DNA of 64,000 nucleotides from Planctomycetota bacterium (GTDB lineage Bacteria > Planctomycetota > UBA1135 > UBA2386), in contig CANMWZ010000004.1 in assembly GCA_947501605.1 (NCBI GenBank), forward strand, positions 1-64,000, read 5' to 3'. A program made the translations under genes and the position numbers. Position 1 is the stretch's first letter. Each line of letters starts with the position of its first letter. The notes under the pieces were generated by a model. That model saw nothing but the letters and a program-made list of their open reading frames with translations. It was not told the origin of the DNA and did no database searches. Positions 38,553 through 48,336 of the stretch are shown here, piece after piece.

Positions 38553-39206
38553 TCAGACCAGGTACTTGATGGCGAGGAAACCGCCGATGCCCATGGCCGC
38601 GACGGCAAAAGTGATCCAGCCGAGGTGCTTGTCGAGGACGCGCTTCACCGGCTCGCCGTAGCGCCACAGCATGAAGGCGACGAGGTAGAAGCGCGCCGAG
38701 CGTCCGATCACGGAGGCCAGCAAGAACATCGGCAGGCTGATGTCGCAGATGCCGGCTGTGATCGTGATGACCTTGTAGGGGATCGGCGTGAACGCGGCGA
38801 CGAACACGATCCAGAAGTTGTACTGCTCGTACTGTAGCTTCACTTTGTCGAAGACCTCCTGGGTGAAGCCCGGCACGTAGGTGAAGAAGAACTCATCGAG
38901 TCCGGTGGTGTCCCACAGCAGCGCCCCGATGGCGTAGCCGGCGAGTCCACCGAGGACCGAGGCCACGGAGCACCAGAACGCGAACCGGAATGCTCGCGCG
39001 CGATCGCCGAGGCAGAGTGCGATCAGCAGCACGTCTGGCGGGATCGGGAAGAAGCTGCTTTCGGCGAAGCTCATGACCGAGAGAGCCGGCGTGCCGTAGG
39101 GCGTGTCGGCCCAGTGCATCACCCAGTCGTAGAGGCGCTTGAGCGGGCCGCGGCGCGGCGGCTTTGTGGGGTCGGACGGCTTCGATGTGGGCGATGAGGA
39201 GTTCAC
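38553..39206 (-). CDS. YqaA/DedA-family membrane protein
   Basis: SFAESSFFPIPPD, FTPIPYKV, GRSARF. Confidence 0.9.
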   Translation of the reverse strand: MNSSSPTSKPSDPTKPPRRGPLKRLYDWVMHWADTPYGTPALSVMSFAESSFFPIPPDVLLIALCLGDRARAFRFAFWCSVASVLGGLAGYAIGALLWDTTGLDEFFFTYVPGFTQEVFDKVKLQYEQYNFWIVFVAAFTPIPYKVITITAGICDISLPMFLLASVIGRSARFYLVAFMLWRYGEPVKRVLDKHLGWITFAVAAMGIGGFLAIKYLV

Positions 39207-39223
39207 GGTGTGCTAGGGCGGCG

Positions 39224-40933
39224 TCAGCTTGCGGCGGTGATCTTGTGCACTTCGAGGGTCACGGGGCCCTCCTCGCCGCGCGTGTTGATGCGCGGTGTGG
39301 CGAGTACGTTCCAGAGTCCTTGGTGGTTGCGCAGTTCTTCAAAGCGCGCCGCCGCACGTACCACGCGCGCCGGCAAGAGTTGACCGTCGTGCACGAGCCG
39401 TACGCGCAGGTCGAGGCCGCGGGTGTCGTTCTGCGGCGAACCGACGAGGCGAACTCCCGAGGTCGAAAAGCGCGCGCGGCGATGGCCCGGGCCGAACGGA
39501 GCGAGCATCTCGAGCCGGCGCACGGACATGGGATCGTACTCGGAGAAACTCGCGTTGCCGTCGCTCGGATCGCTGACGTCGCCGCCAGGATTCAGGCGGC
39601 AGACTTCGAGAAACGCCTCGCGGAAGGCCTCGAAGCGGTTCCGGTGCACTTCGAGACCGACGGCGGCAGCGTGGCCGCCGTGCGAATTGAGGAACTGACC
39701 GCAGGCGGCGAGCGCATTGCGCAGGTTCAGGCCCGATTGGCATCGACCGCTGCCGCGCCCGATGTCGCCTTTCCAGGCGATCAGGATGGCCGGCTTCCCG
39801 GTCGACTCGGTGACGCGGGCGGCGACGATGCCGAGAACACCTGGGTGCCAGTCGTCACCAGCCAACACGACTGCGGGGCCAGTTTCGCGTGCTGCCAGCG
39901 CCACTACTTCGTCCTGCAGTTTGCGTTCTACCTTGCGGCGTTCGTCGTTGTGCTTCTCCAACACCTTCGCGGCCTTTTGGGCTTCGATGATTCCTGGTGC
40001 GCACAGCAATGCGGCGGCGTCGAGGGCGTGGCCGACGCGGCCCGCTGCGTTGATCAAGGGTGCGATGCGAAACGCGATGTCCTCGACGTCTGGCGAACGG
40101 TTGGACAAGCCCGCGGAATCGAGCAGTGCACGAATGCCTGGGCTCCGGCTCTGCGCCAGTGCCCGTAACCCGTGCCATACGAGCGTGCGGTTCTCGCCGC
40201 GCAACGGCGCCACGTCCGCGACCGTGCCGAGGGCGGTGTAGCTCATCGCATCGAGCAAGAAGTCGCTGAACTCGGGGCTTTGCAACAGCCCGCGCGTGAG
40301 CGTGTCGGAGACGGCGGCGGCGAGGCGGAACGCGACGCCGACGCCAGCGAGGTCGCGGTCGGGGTAGCCGGCTCCCGCAAGACGCGGGTTCAGCATCGCG
40401 AACGCCGGGGCCACGTTCTCACCAGTGCCGTGGTGGTCGGTGACGATGACGTCGCAGCCGCTCGCTTGGATGCGGCCGATCGACTCGCAAGCGTTGGTGC
40501 CGTTGTCCACCGAGACGACGAGCTTGGCATTGGCCTTCTGGATCGCCTCTTCACTGGCGCGCGAGAACGAGTAGCCGTCAGCGCGAGCCGGGATGTGCGG
40601 CTTCACGTCGGCGTGCAGCAGACGGAAGAACTTCGTCAGCAAGACGGTGCCACTAATGCCGTCGACGTCGTAGTCGCCGTGGATCAGGATCGTCTGCTGG
40701 TGCCGCAGTGCATGCTTGATGCGATCGACTGCGCGCTGCATGTCCACGAAGGCAAAGGGGTCGTGCAGGCCGCCGAGTTCGGGGCGCAGAAACGTCTTCA
40801 CTTTGTCCGGGGTGTCTTGCCCGCGGGCTAGCAGTACGCGCGCGACGATGCCGGGCAACCCGAGAGTCTTCGCCAGGGCGCCCTCGCGCGGGTCGGCGGG
40901 CTGGGCGTTCTCGGCGGGGGGGGTGCGCTGCAT
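39224..40933 (-). CDS. recJ: ssDNA-specific exonuclease RecJ
   Basis: HGDYDVDG, VDNG, TDHH, LGTVADV.PL.GENR, INAAGR, GSGR, GGHAAA.G, APFG.G. Confidence 0.93.
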   Translation of the reverse strand: MQRTPPAENAQPADPREGALAKTLGLPGIVARVLLARGQDTPDKVKTFLRPELGGLHDPFAFVDMQRAVDRIKHALRHQQTILIHGDYDVDGISGTVLLTKFFRLLHADVKPHIPARADGYSFSRASEEAIQKANAKLVVSVDNGTNACESIGRIQASGCDVIVTDHHGTGENVAPAFAMLNPRLAGAGYPDRDLAGVGVAFRLAAAVSDTLTRGLLQSPEFSDFLLDAMSYTALGTVADVAPLRGENRTLVWHGLRALAQSRSPGIRALLDSAGLSNRSPDVEDIAFRIAPLINAAGRVGHALDAAALLCAPGIIEAQKAAKVLEKHNDERRKVERKLQDEVVALAARETGPAVVLAGDDWHPGVLGIVAARVTESTGKPAILIAWKGDIGRGSGRCQSGLNLRNALAACGQFLNSHGGHAAAVGLEVHRNRFEAFREAFLEVCRLNPGGDVSDPSDGNASFSEYDPMSVRRLEMLAPFGPGHRRARFSTSGVRLVGSPQNDTRGLDLRVRLVHDGQLLPARVVRAAARFEELRNHQGLWNVLATPRINTRGEEGPVTLEVHKITAAS

Positions 40934-41048
40934 GAGCGCGCAGATGGTAGCCGTGACGCCGTGGATGCCCAGCGTCGATCCCAGTGACCGCCGCGGCAGT
41001 TTGCTGCCTGCGACCTCGTCGCGGCACGGTAGGATCCGCGGCCCGCCG

Positions 41049-42437
41049 ATGGTCGACACCACTGCCGAACGCGCCGCGGCGCTGCGCAACTTGCCCGCAG
41101 TCGAACGCCTGCTCCAGAGCCCCGAGTTGGTCGGCGAACCCCGCGCGCTCGTGGCGCGGTGCGCGCGGGCGATGCTCGACGACGCACGAACGCAGGTTCT
41201 CGCGGGCGAACTCGATGGGGCAGCCCTGGCGGCGCGCTTTGGTGGTGACGGGGCTGTGCAGGAGCTTCGCCGGCGCATTGCCAGCGCCCGAGAACGGCGG
41301 CATCGCCGGGTGTGCAATGCCACCGGCATCGTGTTGCACACCGGGCTCGGCCGCGCGCCTCTGTGCGAACTCGCCAAAGAAGCGATCGTTGAAGCGGCCG
41401 GCTACGCGGTCGTCGAGGTTGATCCGGGCACGGGGCAGCGCGACCAACGAGAGCTCGCAATCGCGGCCCTCTTGCGCGAGCTCACCGGTGCTGCTGGCGC
41501 CCTGGTCGTCAACAACAACGCCTCGGCGACGACGCTGGCCCTTGGAGCCCTGTGTTCGGGCCTCGAAGTCGTGGTGTCGCGGGGCGAGCTTGTCGAGATC
41601 GGCGGTGGCTTCCGCATTCCCGACGTGATGAAGCGCGCCGGTTGCCACATGGTCGAAGTGGGTGCGACCAACAAGACCCACCTGCACGACTTCGAGAACG
41701 CGATCACGGCACAGACGCGCGCCTTCCTGAAGGTGCATCCGAGCAACTTCCGTATCGAGGGCTTTGCTGGCGTGCCGCCGTTGCACGAACTCACGAAGCT
41801 GGCGCACAGTCGCGGACTGATCGTCATCGACGATCTCGGTTCCGGTCTCTTGGTGAACGCGCCGCTGCCTGGTCTCGACGGCGAACCGCGCGTGGAGCAG
41901 AGCCTCGCAGCTGGAGCCGACGTTGTGTGCTTCTCGGGCGACAAGCTGCTGGGAGGGCCGCAGTGCGGCGTGCTGCTTGGCGGCAAAGACAAGATCGCGA
42001 CGATGCGCGCCCATCCGCTCTACCGCGCGCTGCGCTGCGACAAGCTGACACTCGCCGCTCTCGAGGCGACGCTGCAGACCTATCGCGATGGCGAACCGCT
42101 GCGCGAGATTCCGGCATTGCACATGCTGTCGGCGACCCCGGACGAGTTGCAGCGACGGAGTGAGGATCTCGCAGCGCTGCTGCCAGCGGGCATCGCGACC
42201 GTCGTCGCGAGTGAGTCGTTTGCCGGTTCCGGCGCCAATCCCGCGAAGCCGCTGCCGAGCTTTGCGGTTGCGCTGCGCGGTGGGGACGCGCTGCTTACAC
42301 GACTGCGCGCGACCCGACCGGTGGCGGTGTTCGCGCGTGTCCACGGCGGCCACGTGCTGCTCGACGCACGCACGCTGCTGCTCGAAGACCTGAATGCGCT
42401 CGCGGCGATCGTCCGCGGCGCCATCTCCTCGTCATGA
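41049..42437 (+). CDS. selA: L-seryl-tRNA(Sec) selenium transferase
   Basis: NATGIVLHTGLGRAPL, VNNNA, SRGELVEIGGGFRIPD, EVGATNKT, DDLGSG, FSGDKLLGGPQ, RALRCDK. Confidence 0.96.
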   Translation: MVDTTAERAAALRNLPAVERLLQSPELVGEPRALVARCARAMLDDARTQVLAGELDGAALAARFGGDGAVQELRRRIASARERRHRRVCNATGIVLHTGLGRAPLCELAKEAIVEAAGYAVVEVDPGTGQRDQRELAIAALLRELTGAAGALVVNNNASATTLALGALCSGLEVVVSRGELVEIGGGFRIPDVMKRAGCHMVEVGATNKTHLHDFENAITAQTRAFLKVHPSNFRIEGFAGVPPLHELTKLAHSRGLIVIDDLGSGLLVNAPLPGLDGEPRVEQSLAAGADVVCFSGDKLLGGPQCGVLLGGKDKIATMRAHPLYRALRCDKLTLAALEATLQTYRDGEPLREIPALHMLSATPDELQRRSEDLAALLPAGIATVVASESFAGSGANPAKPLPSFAVALRGGDALLTRLRATRPVAVFARVHGGHVLLDARTLLLEDLNALAAIVRGAISSS

Positions 42438-43486
42438 CCAAGCCATTGATGAAGCGCCTGACTGAGTACGCATCCGGCTCCGGTTGAGCCGCAAAGTTGC
42501 CGCCAGGGAGCCTCGTGCAGGTTCTCCAAAAGCTGGGAACGACGGACCATCCCGATCTGCTTGCGGGCAACCGCGGCTTCGAGGATGCAGGGATCTTTCG
42601 TATCGACAGCGAACGCGCATTGGTCCAGACGGTCGACTTCTTCCCGCCGATCGTCGACGACCCACGCTGGTTTGGTCGCATTGCCGCGGCCAACGCGCTG
42701 TCGGACGTCTACGCCATGGGCGGCGTCGCCAAGACGGCGATGAACCTTGTCGGTTGGCCGAAGGATCTCGACCTCGACATCCTGGGCGAGATCCTTGCCG
42801 GTGGGCTCGAGAAGATCCGTGAGGCGGGTGCGGTGCTCTGCGGTGGCCATTCGGTCAGCGACGCGGAGATCAAGTATGGCCTGTCGGTGACGGGGCTGGT
42901 GCATCCCCAACAGTGGTGGGCCAACTCCGGCGCGCACGAAGGCGATGTACTCTTGCTGACCAAGCCGCTGGGCATGGGGCCGGTATCGACCGCGATCAAG
43001 CGACTGAAGACAGGCGTGATCGATGTCGAGGCCGCGATGGTGCAGATGGCGACGCTCAATCGCGCCGCCTGCTTGGCGATGGCGGAACTGACGGTGCACG
43101 GAGCGACCGACGTGACCGGCTTTGGTCTGATCGGCCACGCCTTCGAGATGGCAGAAGGCAGCGGCTTCGTACTCGAACTCACGGCCGCCGCGCTGCCCGT
43201 GTTCCCGGGTGCCCGCGATCTCGTTGCGAGCGGGGTGACCTCAGGTGGTTGCAGCCGCGGCAAGCAGTGGTTTGGGCCGCGTGTGAACCTCGGCGCTGGC
43301 GTCGATCCGGCGTTGGCCGACCTGTGTTTCGATGCCGAGACCAGCGGTGGGTTGTTGCTGTCGGTGCCGGCCGCGGTCATGAGCAAGGCGCAACAGCGGC
43401 TCCGCGACGCGGGGGCATTGGCGCACACCGTCGTCGGGGCCTTCCGCGCCCGCCGCGGCGACGAGCCGCTGCTGCAGCTCGCCTGA
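42434..43486 (+). CDS. selD: Selenophosphate synthetase, selenocysteine-containing (in-frame TGA at 42485-42487)
   Basis: ATG 42434 overlaps selA stop; reads MTKPLMKRLTEYASGSG-U-AAKLPP; DAG, QTVDFFPPIVDDP, ANALSDVYAMGG, GGHS, TDVTGFGL.GH, DAETSGGLL. Confidence 0.93.
42506..42526 (+). promoter_or_regulatory. Candidate bacterial SECIS hairpin
   Basis: GGGAGCCU-CGUGC-AGGUUCUC (8 bp incl. 2 G-U); loop starts 26 nt after the UGA; G at second loop position. Confidence 0.7.
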
Positions 43487-43504
43487 GCGTTTGCGGCTGC
43501 GCGC

Positions 43505-44476
43505 TCAGTCGTCCTTGAGCCAGCGCGTGCCGCTGGCGTCGAGAGTCGGCGCCACAGCCTTGCCGAAATTGCTGAAGTCGACCTTCCAGTAGATCATCGT
43601 CTCGGTGCGACCTGGTTTGCGATCGGGCAAGCCCTTCTTGATCGGCTCCTGGCCAGGCTCGACTGCTTTTTCGTCCAGGGCGCCATCTTTGCCCTCCACG
43701 ACCTCGTCGTCCTCGCCGCCGCCGCCTTCGCCTTCGCCGCCGATCTGGAAGCGCACGTTCTGCAGCATTGGATCGTCCTCGTAGATCTTGGTGCGCAGCC
43801 GCAGCACCTCCCCGTTGTCGATTGCCGTGAAGATCGCAACGTCGATCGAGTAGGTCTTCTTCGGCATCTCACCGCCGAACATGCCCCCGAGCATGAACAT
43901 GCCGCCGCCGCCACCCGTTGGGAGCGCGCCACCGAGTGCCAAATCTTCGGCTGCTTCGTCCGCGAGCCGCAGGGTCAAGATCGCAACGTCGCGGTCCTGT
44001 ACCTTGCCTGCCTCGACGTGCACCACCTGCCGGAAAGACGCGGGCAGTTCCGCGAGTTGGGCGAACAGCAGCCGTGGCGCAACCACGAACGGGGCCGGTG
44101 TGCCCGACGCGAGCTGCGTGCCGCGCAACTTCCAGCCGGCGTCGGTCTCGACGACCATGCGCCCTGCGTGCAGCACAAACTTCGAGCCGTCGAGTTCGCC
44201 CCAGCGGTACTGTTGGTCGAAACCGCCTTCGAGGTGGGTGCCATCACCGCCGCCAATCGGCAGGTTCTGACCGCGGAGCATCGCGAGATCGACTTCTTGG
44301 TCGCTCTGGAACGCGCCGCTCTTCGCCGCCGTCATCGTGGCACAGGCACGCAGCATCATTGCGTTGGCGGCGTCGCTGCGCGCTTCTGGCAACGTCGGCG
44401 CGGTGGTGGTGGCGGGATTTTGGGCCAGTGGCGTGGCAGCAATCAGCGACAAGACAGCAGCGATGGCAATGCGCAT
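43505..44476 (-). CDS. Exported hypothetical protein (LolA/LppX-like beta-sheet features)
   Basis: Signal peptide ending PLA-Q; C-terminal VDFSNFGKAV pattern; fold call tentative. Confidence 0.6.
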   Translation of the reverse strand: MRIAIAAVLSLIAATPLAQNPATTTAPTLPEARSDAANAMMLRACATMTAAKSGAFQSDQEVDLAMLRGQNLPIGGGDGTHLEGGFDQQYRWGELDGSKFVLHAGRMVVETDAGWKLRGTQLASGTPAPFVVAPRLLFAQLAELPASFRQVVHVEAGKVQDRDVAILTLRLADEAAEDLALGGALPTGGGGGMFMLGGMFGGEMPKKTYSIDVAIFTAIDNGEVLRLRTKIYEDDPMLQNVRFQIGGEGEGGGGEDDEVVEGKDGALDEKAVEPGQEPIKKGLPDRKPGRTETMIYWKVDFSNFGKAVAPTLDASGTRWLKDD

Positions 44477-44641
44477 TGGAACCTCGATGAAGGGGTATGA
44501 GGGAGCGGCCGGCACGATACGGGCTCAGTCGCAGAAAGCTCCGCATCGACAGGCGCCCGCCCAGCTACCGAGCGAACCCACGAGCTTTCCCGGCTTGGCG
44601 TCGAGGCGCGGCGTAGGAGCGCGGCCGATCCGCGCGGCCGA

Positions 44642-45052
44642 TCAGTGCGGCTTCTTCGGCGGCGGCTCGGCGGGCTTCTGTGGCTCGATCTCGCCGGTAC
44701 GTTCTTCCCGTTCCCGTCGCAGGTCCGTCAGCGTGTCGTTGATCTTCAGTACGCCGGCGATGCTGTCGTCGAACTGGAACTCCAAGTGCGGCACCGTACG
44801 CGTGTTGAGCGTGGCGCCGACTTCTCGCTGGACGAAGCCGCGTGCGCGGTTGAGCGCACCGCGCGTGGCGGCCTTCGACTTGTCGTCGCCGAGCACGGAG
44901 TAGAACACCTTGCAGATGGTGAACTCCGAGTCGAGTTCGACGCGGGTGATGGTGACGAGGCCGATCTTCGGATCGCGCAGTTCGCGCATCAGGATCTCGG
45001 CTGTGCGCTGCTGAATCTGGGACTCAAGGCGCTGGATGCGGCGTTCGTTCAT
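44642..45052 (-). CDS. rbfA: Ribosome-binding factor A
   Basis: RDPKIG.VTITRV, ARGFVQ, RTVPHLEF.FD.S. Confidence 0.95.
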   Translation of the reverse strand: MNERRIQRLESQIQQRTAEILMRELRDPKIGLVTITRVELDSEFTICKVFYSVLGDDKSKAATRGALNRARGFVQREVGATLNTRTVPHLEFQFDDSIAGVLKINDTLTDLRREREERTGEIEPQKPAEPPPKKPH

Positions 45053-45066
45053 CGGGGGGCAGGCTC

Positions 45067-45360
45067 TCAGCGCGGCGTGAAGATCTCGAGCTGGTGGTCG
45101 GACAAGGTGGCGTCCGGCCAGTCGTGCAGCGCATTCAGCAGATGGTCCATCGAACTGTTGAGCTGGGGGATATCGCTACCGGCGACGACGGCGCCAAGTG
45201 TCGCGATCGTGCAGTCATCGAGGTCTTCGATCTCGGAGATCGAGACGTTGAAGGACCGCCGCAGCTTGTCCTTCAACGCCTTCACGACACTGCGCTTGTC
45301 CTTGAGCGAGGCCGCGTAGGGGATCTGCAAAGTGAACTGAAGGACACCGATGTGCAACAC
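45067..45360 (-). CDS. DUF503 (YlxP) family protein
   Basis: SLKDKRSVVK.L...FNVSISE; between infB and rbfA. Confidence 0.88.
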   Translation of the reverse strand: MLHIGVLQFTLQIPYAASLKDKRSVVKALKDKLRRSFNVSISEIEDLDDCTIATLGAVVAGSDIPQLNSSMDHLLNALHDWPDATLSDHQLEIFTPR

Positions 45361-45402
45361 GGCTGTAAGTCAGCTCCTCGTCGGAGATCCTCTTGGCGCG
45401 GG

Positions 45403-48294
45403 TCAGAGTGTGCGGCGCACCAGGTCGACCTGGCACACTTCGATGATGTCGCCGACGCGAAGATCTTGGAAGTCCAGCAGGGTAAGTCCGCATTCGAAGC
45501 CAGCGCGCACGTCGCGGGCGTCGTCCTTCTCGCGGCGCAAGCTCGCAACCTTGCCGGTGTAGATCACGCGGCTGTCGCGAGAGAGCCGGACCTTGGCGTT
45601 GCGCCTGACGAGGCCGTCGGTGACGTAGCAACCGGCAATGAGGCCGAACTTGCTCGACTTGAACACGGCGCGAACTTCGACGTGGCCCAGGATCGACTCG
45701 ACTTCTTGCGGCTTGAGCGCGCCTTCCATCGCCGCCTTGACGTTGTCGATCAGCTCGTAGATCACGTCGTAGTAGCGGATGTCGACACCGGCGCGTTCGG
45801 CAGCCTGGCGGGCGCTGCTGTCGGCAACGGTGTGGAAGCCAACGATCACTGCGCCCGAGGCCTCGGCAAGGCTGACGTCGGTTTCGTTGATGCCGCCAAG
45901 AGCACTGTGCACGAGGTTGACTCGCACCTCAGGCGTCCGCAGCTCGTCGAGGCACTTGCGCAGCGGTTCGAGCGAACCCATCGCGTCTGCCTTGAGGATG
46001 ATCTTGATCTCCTCGATGTTCCGTTCCGCCAGCTTGGCCGACAGGGTCTCGAGCGTGACCGCGCTGCGTTCGGCCAGCGACTGCTCGCGCAGCCGTCGTT
46101 GCCGGTCCTCGACTACTTCGCGCGCCTTCTTGGCGTCCTCGACGACGAACAGCTTGTCGCCGGGCATCGGCAAGCGATCGAGGCCGAACACCGTTACCGG
46201 CGTCGATGGCGGCGCCTCGGTCAGCTGGTGGCCGTGGTCGTCGACCATGGCGCGCACGCGCGAGAAGCTCTCGCCGCACACGATGGAGTCCTTGAGTCGC
46301 AACGTGCCGTCCGTGACCAGTACGGTGACGACCACGCCTTGCTCGGGCGACTGCTTGCTCTCGACGACCATGCCGCGGCCTGGTGCATCGGGGCGCGCCT
46401 TCAGCTCGAGCTGTCCGGACTCGAGCATGATGCGCTCGATCAGTTGTTCGAGGCCGGTGCGCTTGGTGCTCGACACCTCGATCACGCCCGTGGTGCCGCC
46501 CCATTCTTCGGCCTGGAGGCCCTTCACCATCAACTGCTGCTTCACCTGCATCAGGTTGGCGGCCGGCAAGTCGCACTTGGTGATGGCGACGATCATCGGC
46601 ACCTTGGCTGCCTTGGCGTGGTTGATGGCTTCCTCAGTCTGCGGCATGACGCCGTCGTCAGCGGCGACGACGATCACGACGAGATCGGTCAGCTGGGCGC
46701 CGCGGGCGCGCATTGCCGTGAAGGCCGCGTGGCCAGGCGTGTCGAGGATCACGAAACTGCCCTGCTCACTCGTCACCTTGTAGGCGCCGATGTGCTGCGT
46801 GATGCCGCCGGCTTCGCCCTTGGCGATGTCCGTGTTGCGCAGCGCGTCCATGAGCGACGTCTTGCCATGGTCGACGTGACCCATGAAGGTGACGACCGGC
46901 GCGCGGAGGATCTGTTCTTCCGAAGCTGCGTTTTCGACGAGCTTCTCGATCATCTGCTCTTCGGCCTGCTTGTGCTCGACGATCTTGACCTTGCGGTCGA
47001 GTTCGATCGCAACGAGTTCCACTTCGTCCTGCGACAGGTACGAGTTGATGTTCTTGCCCGGAACCTGGAGCCGGAAGGTCAGCGTCGCAATCAAGTCGTT
47101 GACCTTGATGCCGAGCGCTTCCGAAAGTCCCTTGATGGAGACCGGCGGCGTGACCTCGATCTCCTTGCTCGGATCGAGCGTGGTTGGGACCTTGGTCCGA
47201 CGGGATCCGCGCTGGGCCTGATCGCGGCCTGGGCGTTGGCCCGGGACGCTTGGGCTGCTGCGCCGTTGTGGGCCGCCAACAGGTGCGCGTGTGGCGGAGC
47301 GCTGCGATGTCTTTTGCAGGGCGGCGCGACGCAGGTCCGGGCCCGAGGCGGGCGCCGAACGACTGCGGGCGTCGCGGATCGTCTCCTGCGGCAGGTCGAT
47401 GCGACCGACGACGGTTGCCTTCTTCTGCGGCACCAGCAGCTTGCGCACCGCATTGGGTGCGAGTTGGGCGGCGGCATCGGCCGCGCTGGGTGCGGCCGGT
47501 GGCGGCACGTGGGTGCGCAGCACTGGCATCGGACCGGGACCAGGTCGGCCACCGAGCAGGCGCCCCGCAGGGGCTCCGGCGGGACCGCGGCCCGCTGGCG
47601 GACGGGGCGCTGGGGTTCCTGCTGCGGGTGGCGACGAGGGCTGAACCTTGGCGATCACCGGCGCTTCTGGCGCGATCACCGGCGCTTCAACGACCGGTGC
47701 TGCCGCTTCGACGACGGCGGCAACGGGCGCTTGCCCAGATGGCACCGGCGCCGGCTCGGCCGCTGCGGCAACGCGCGAAGGCGGCTCGGCGGCAACGGGC
47801 GCAGCGGCTTGCGGCGCAAGTTCCGACACCTCGGGCGTGGCGGTAGCCCGCGCCTCGACGACTCCGGCTACTTCATGGGGGGCCGATTCGACCACGGCAG
47901 GAGCGTCGGCGACTTCCTCGTTCGGCCGCAGCGAACGGCGAAGGATGGGCTTGGTCGGCAGCTGCTTCTTGGGCAACTCCGGCAGGTCCTTCAGCTCCCG
48001 TTCCTTCTTGAGGACCTTCTTGGGCAGACCTTCGGCCTCCGCCTCGACATCGGAGTCGTCGGCGCCTGGTAGCTTCTTCTTGAGTTTGCCGGCAGCAGCA
48101 TCCGCCTCCTCGGCGGGCTTGCGACGCAAGCCGTGGGCGTCCAGGCGCGCGAGAACCATCATCTCGTCGGCTGGATCCAGCACCTTCATGTGGTTCGTGA
48201 TGTTCTCGAACCCCATGTCACGCAAGAGCTTCGCCAGCTCGGGACCTTTCATCCCGAGATCTTTGGCGATGTCGAATACGCGTACTTTCTTCAA
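45403..48294 (-). CDS. infB: Translation initiation factor IF-2
   Basis: RAPVVTFMGHVDHGKTSL, GEAGGITQHIGAY, DTPGHAAF, AADDGVMPQT, GFECG; long Pro/Ala-rich N-terminal region; TTG start. Confidence 0.97.
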   Translation of the reverse strand: MKKVRVFDIAKDLGMKGPELAKLLRDMGFENITNHMKVLDPADEMMVLARLDAHGLRRKPAEEADAAAGKLKKKLPGADDSDVEAEAEGLPKKVLKKERELKDLPELPKKQLPTKPILRRSLRPNEEVADAPAVVESAPHEVAGVVEARATATPEVSELAPQAAAPVAAEPPSRVAAAAEPAPVPSGQAPVAAVVEAAAPVVEAPVIAPEAPVIAKVQPSSPPAAGTPAPRPPAGRGPAGAPAGRLLGGRPGPGPMPVLRTHVPPPAAPSAADAAAQLAPNAVRKLLVPQKKATVVGRIDLPQETIRDARSRSAPASGPDLRRAALQKTSQRSATRAPVGGPQRRSSPSVPGQRPGRDQAQRGSRRTKVPTTLDPSKEIEVTPPVSIKGLSEALGIKVNDLIATLTFRLQVPGKNINSYLSQDEVELVAIELDRKVKIVEHKQAEEQMIEKLVENAASEEQILRAPVVTFMGHVDHGKTSLMDALRNTDIAKGEAGGITQHIGAYKVTSEQGSFVILDTPGHAAFTAMRARGAQLTDLVVIVVAADDGVMPQTEEAINHAKAAKVPMIVAITKCDLPAANLMQVKQQLMVKGLQAEEWGGTTGVIEVSSTKRTGLEQLIERIMLESGQLELKARPDAPGRGMVVESKQSPEQGVVVTVLVTDGTLRLKDSIVCGESFSRVRAMVDDHGHQLTEAPPSTPVTVFGLDRLPMPGDKLFVVEDAKKAREVVEDRQRRLREQSLAERSAVTLETLSAKLAERNIEEIKIILKADAMGSLEPLRKCLDELRTPEVRVNLVHSALGGINETDVSLAEASGAVIVGFHTVADSSARQAAERAGVDIRYYDVIYELIDNVKAAMEGALKPQEVESILGHVEVRAVFKSSKFGLIAGCYVTDGLVRRNAKVRLSRDSRVIYTGKVASLRREKDDARDVRAGFECGLTLLDFQDLRVGDIIEVCQVDLVRRTL

Positions 48295-48336
48295 GCGGTC
48301 CTTCTTGCGGGTTGGGGTCAGCGCGCGGCTTGCGCC

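Noticed and set aside
40934..41048. tRNA-Sec (selC) next to selA
   Set aside because: No cloverleaf, TCA anticodon arm or T-loop here or in the other intergenic gaps examined
42485..42487. selD as a pseudogene, or starting at TTG 42497
   Set aside because: The stop sits at the catalytic Cys/Sec position next to selA with a SECIS-like hairpin; recoding explains it better
44619..44643. Direct repeat GCGCGGCCGATC x2 after rbfA
   Set aside because: Short GC-rich duplication with no associated element
45094..48072. 992-aa plus-strand ORF, and other long antisense ORFs such as 24973-27768, 3937-5766 and 60419-62074
   Set aside because: Shadow ORFs opposite well-supported genes; expected from high-GC codon bias; no motifs
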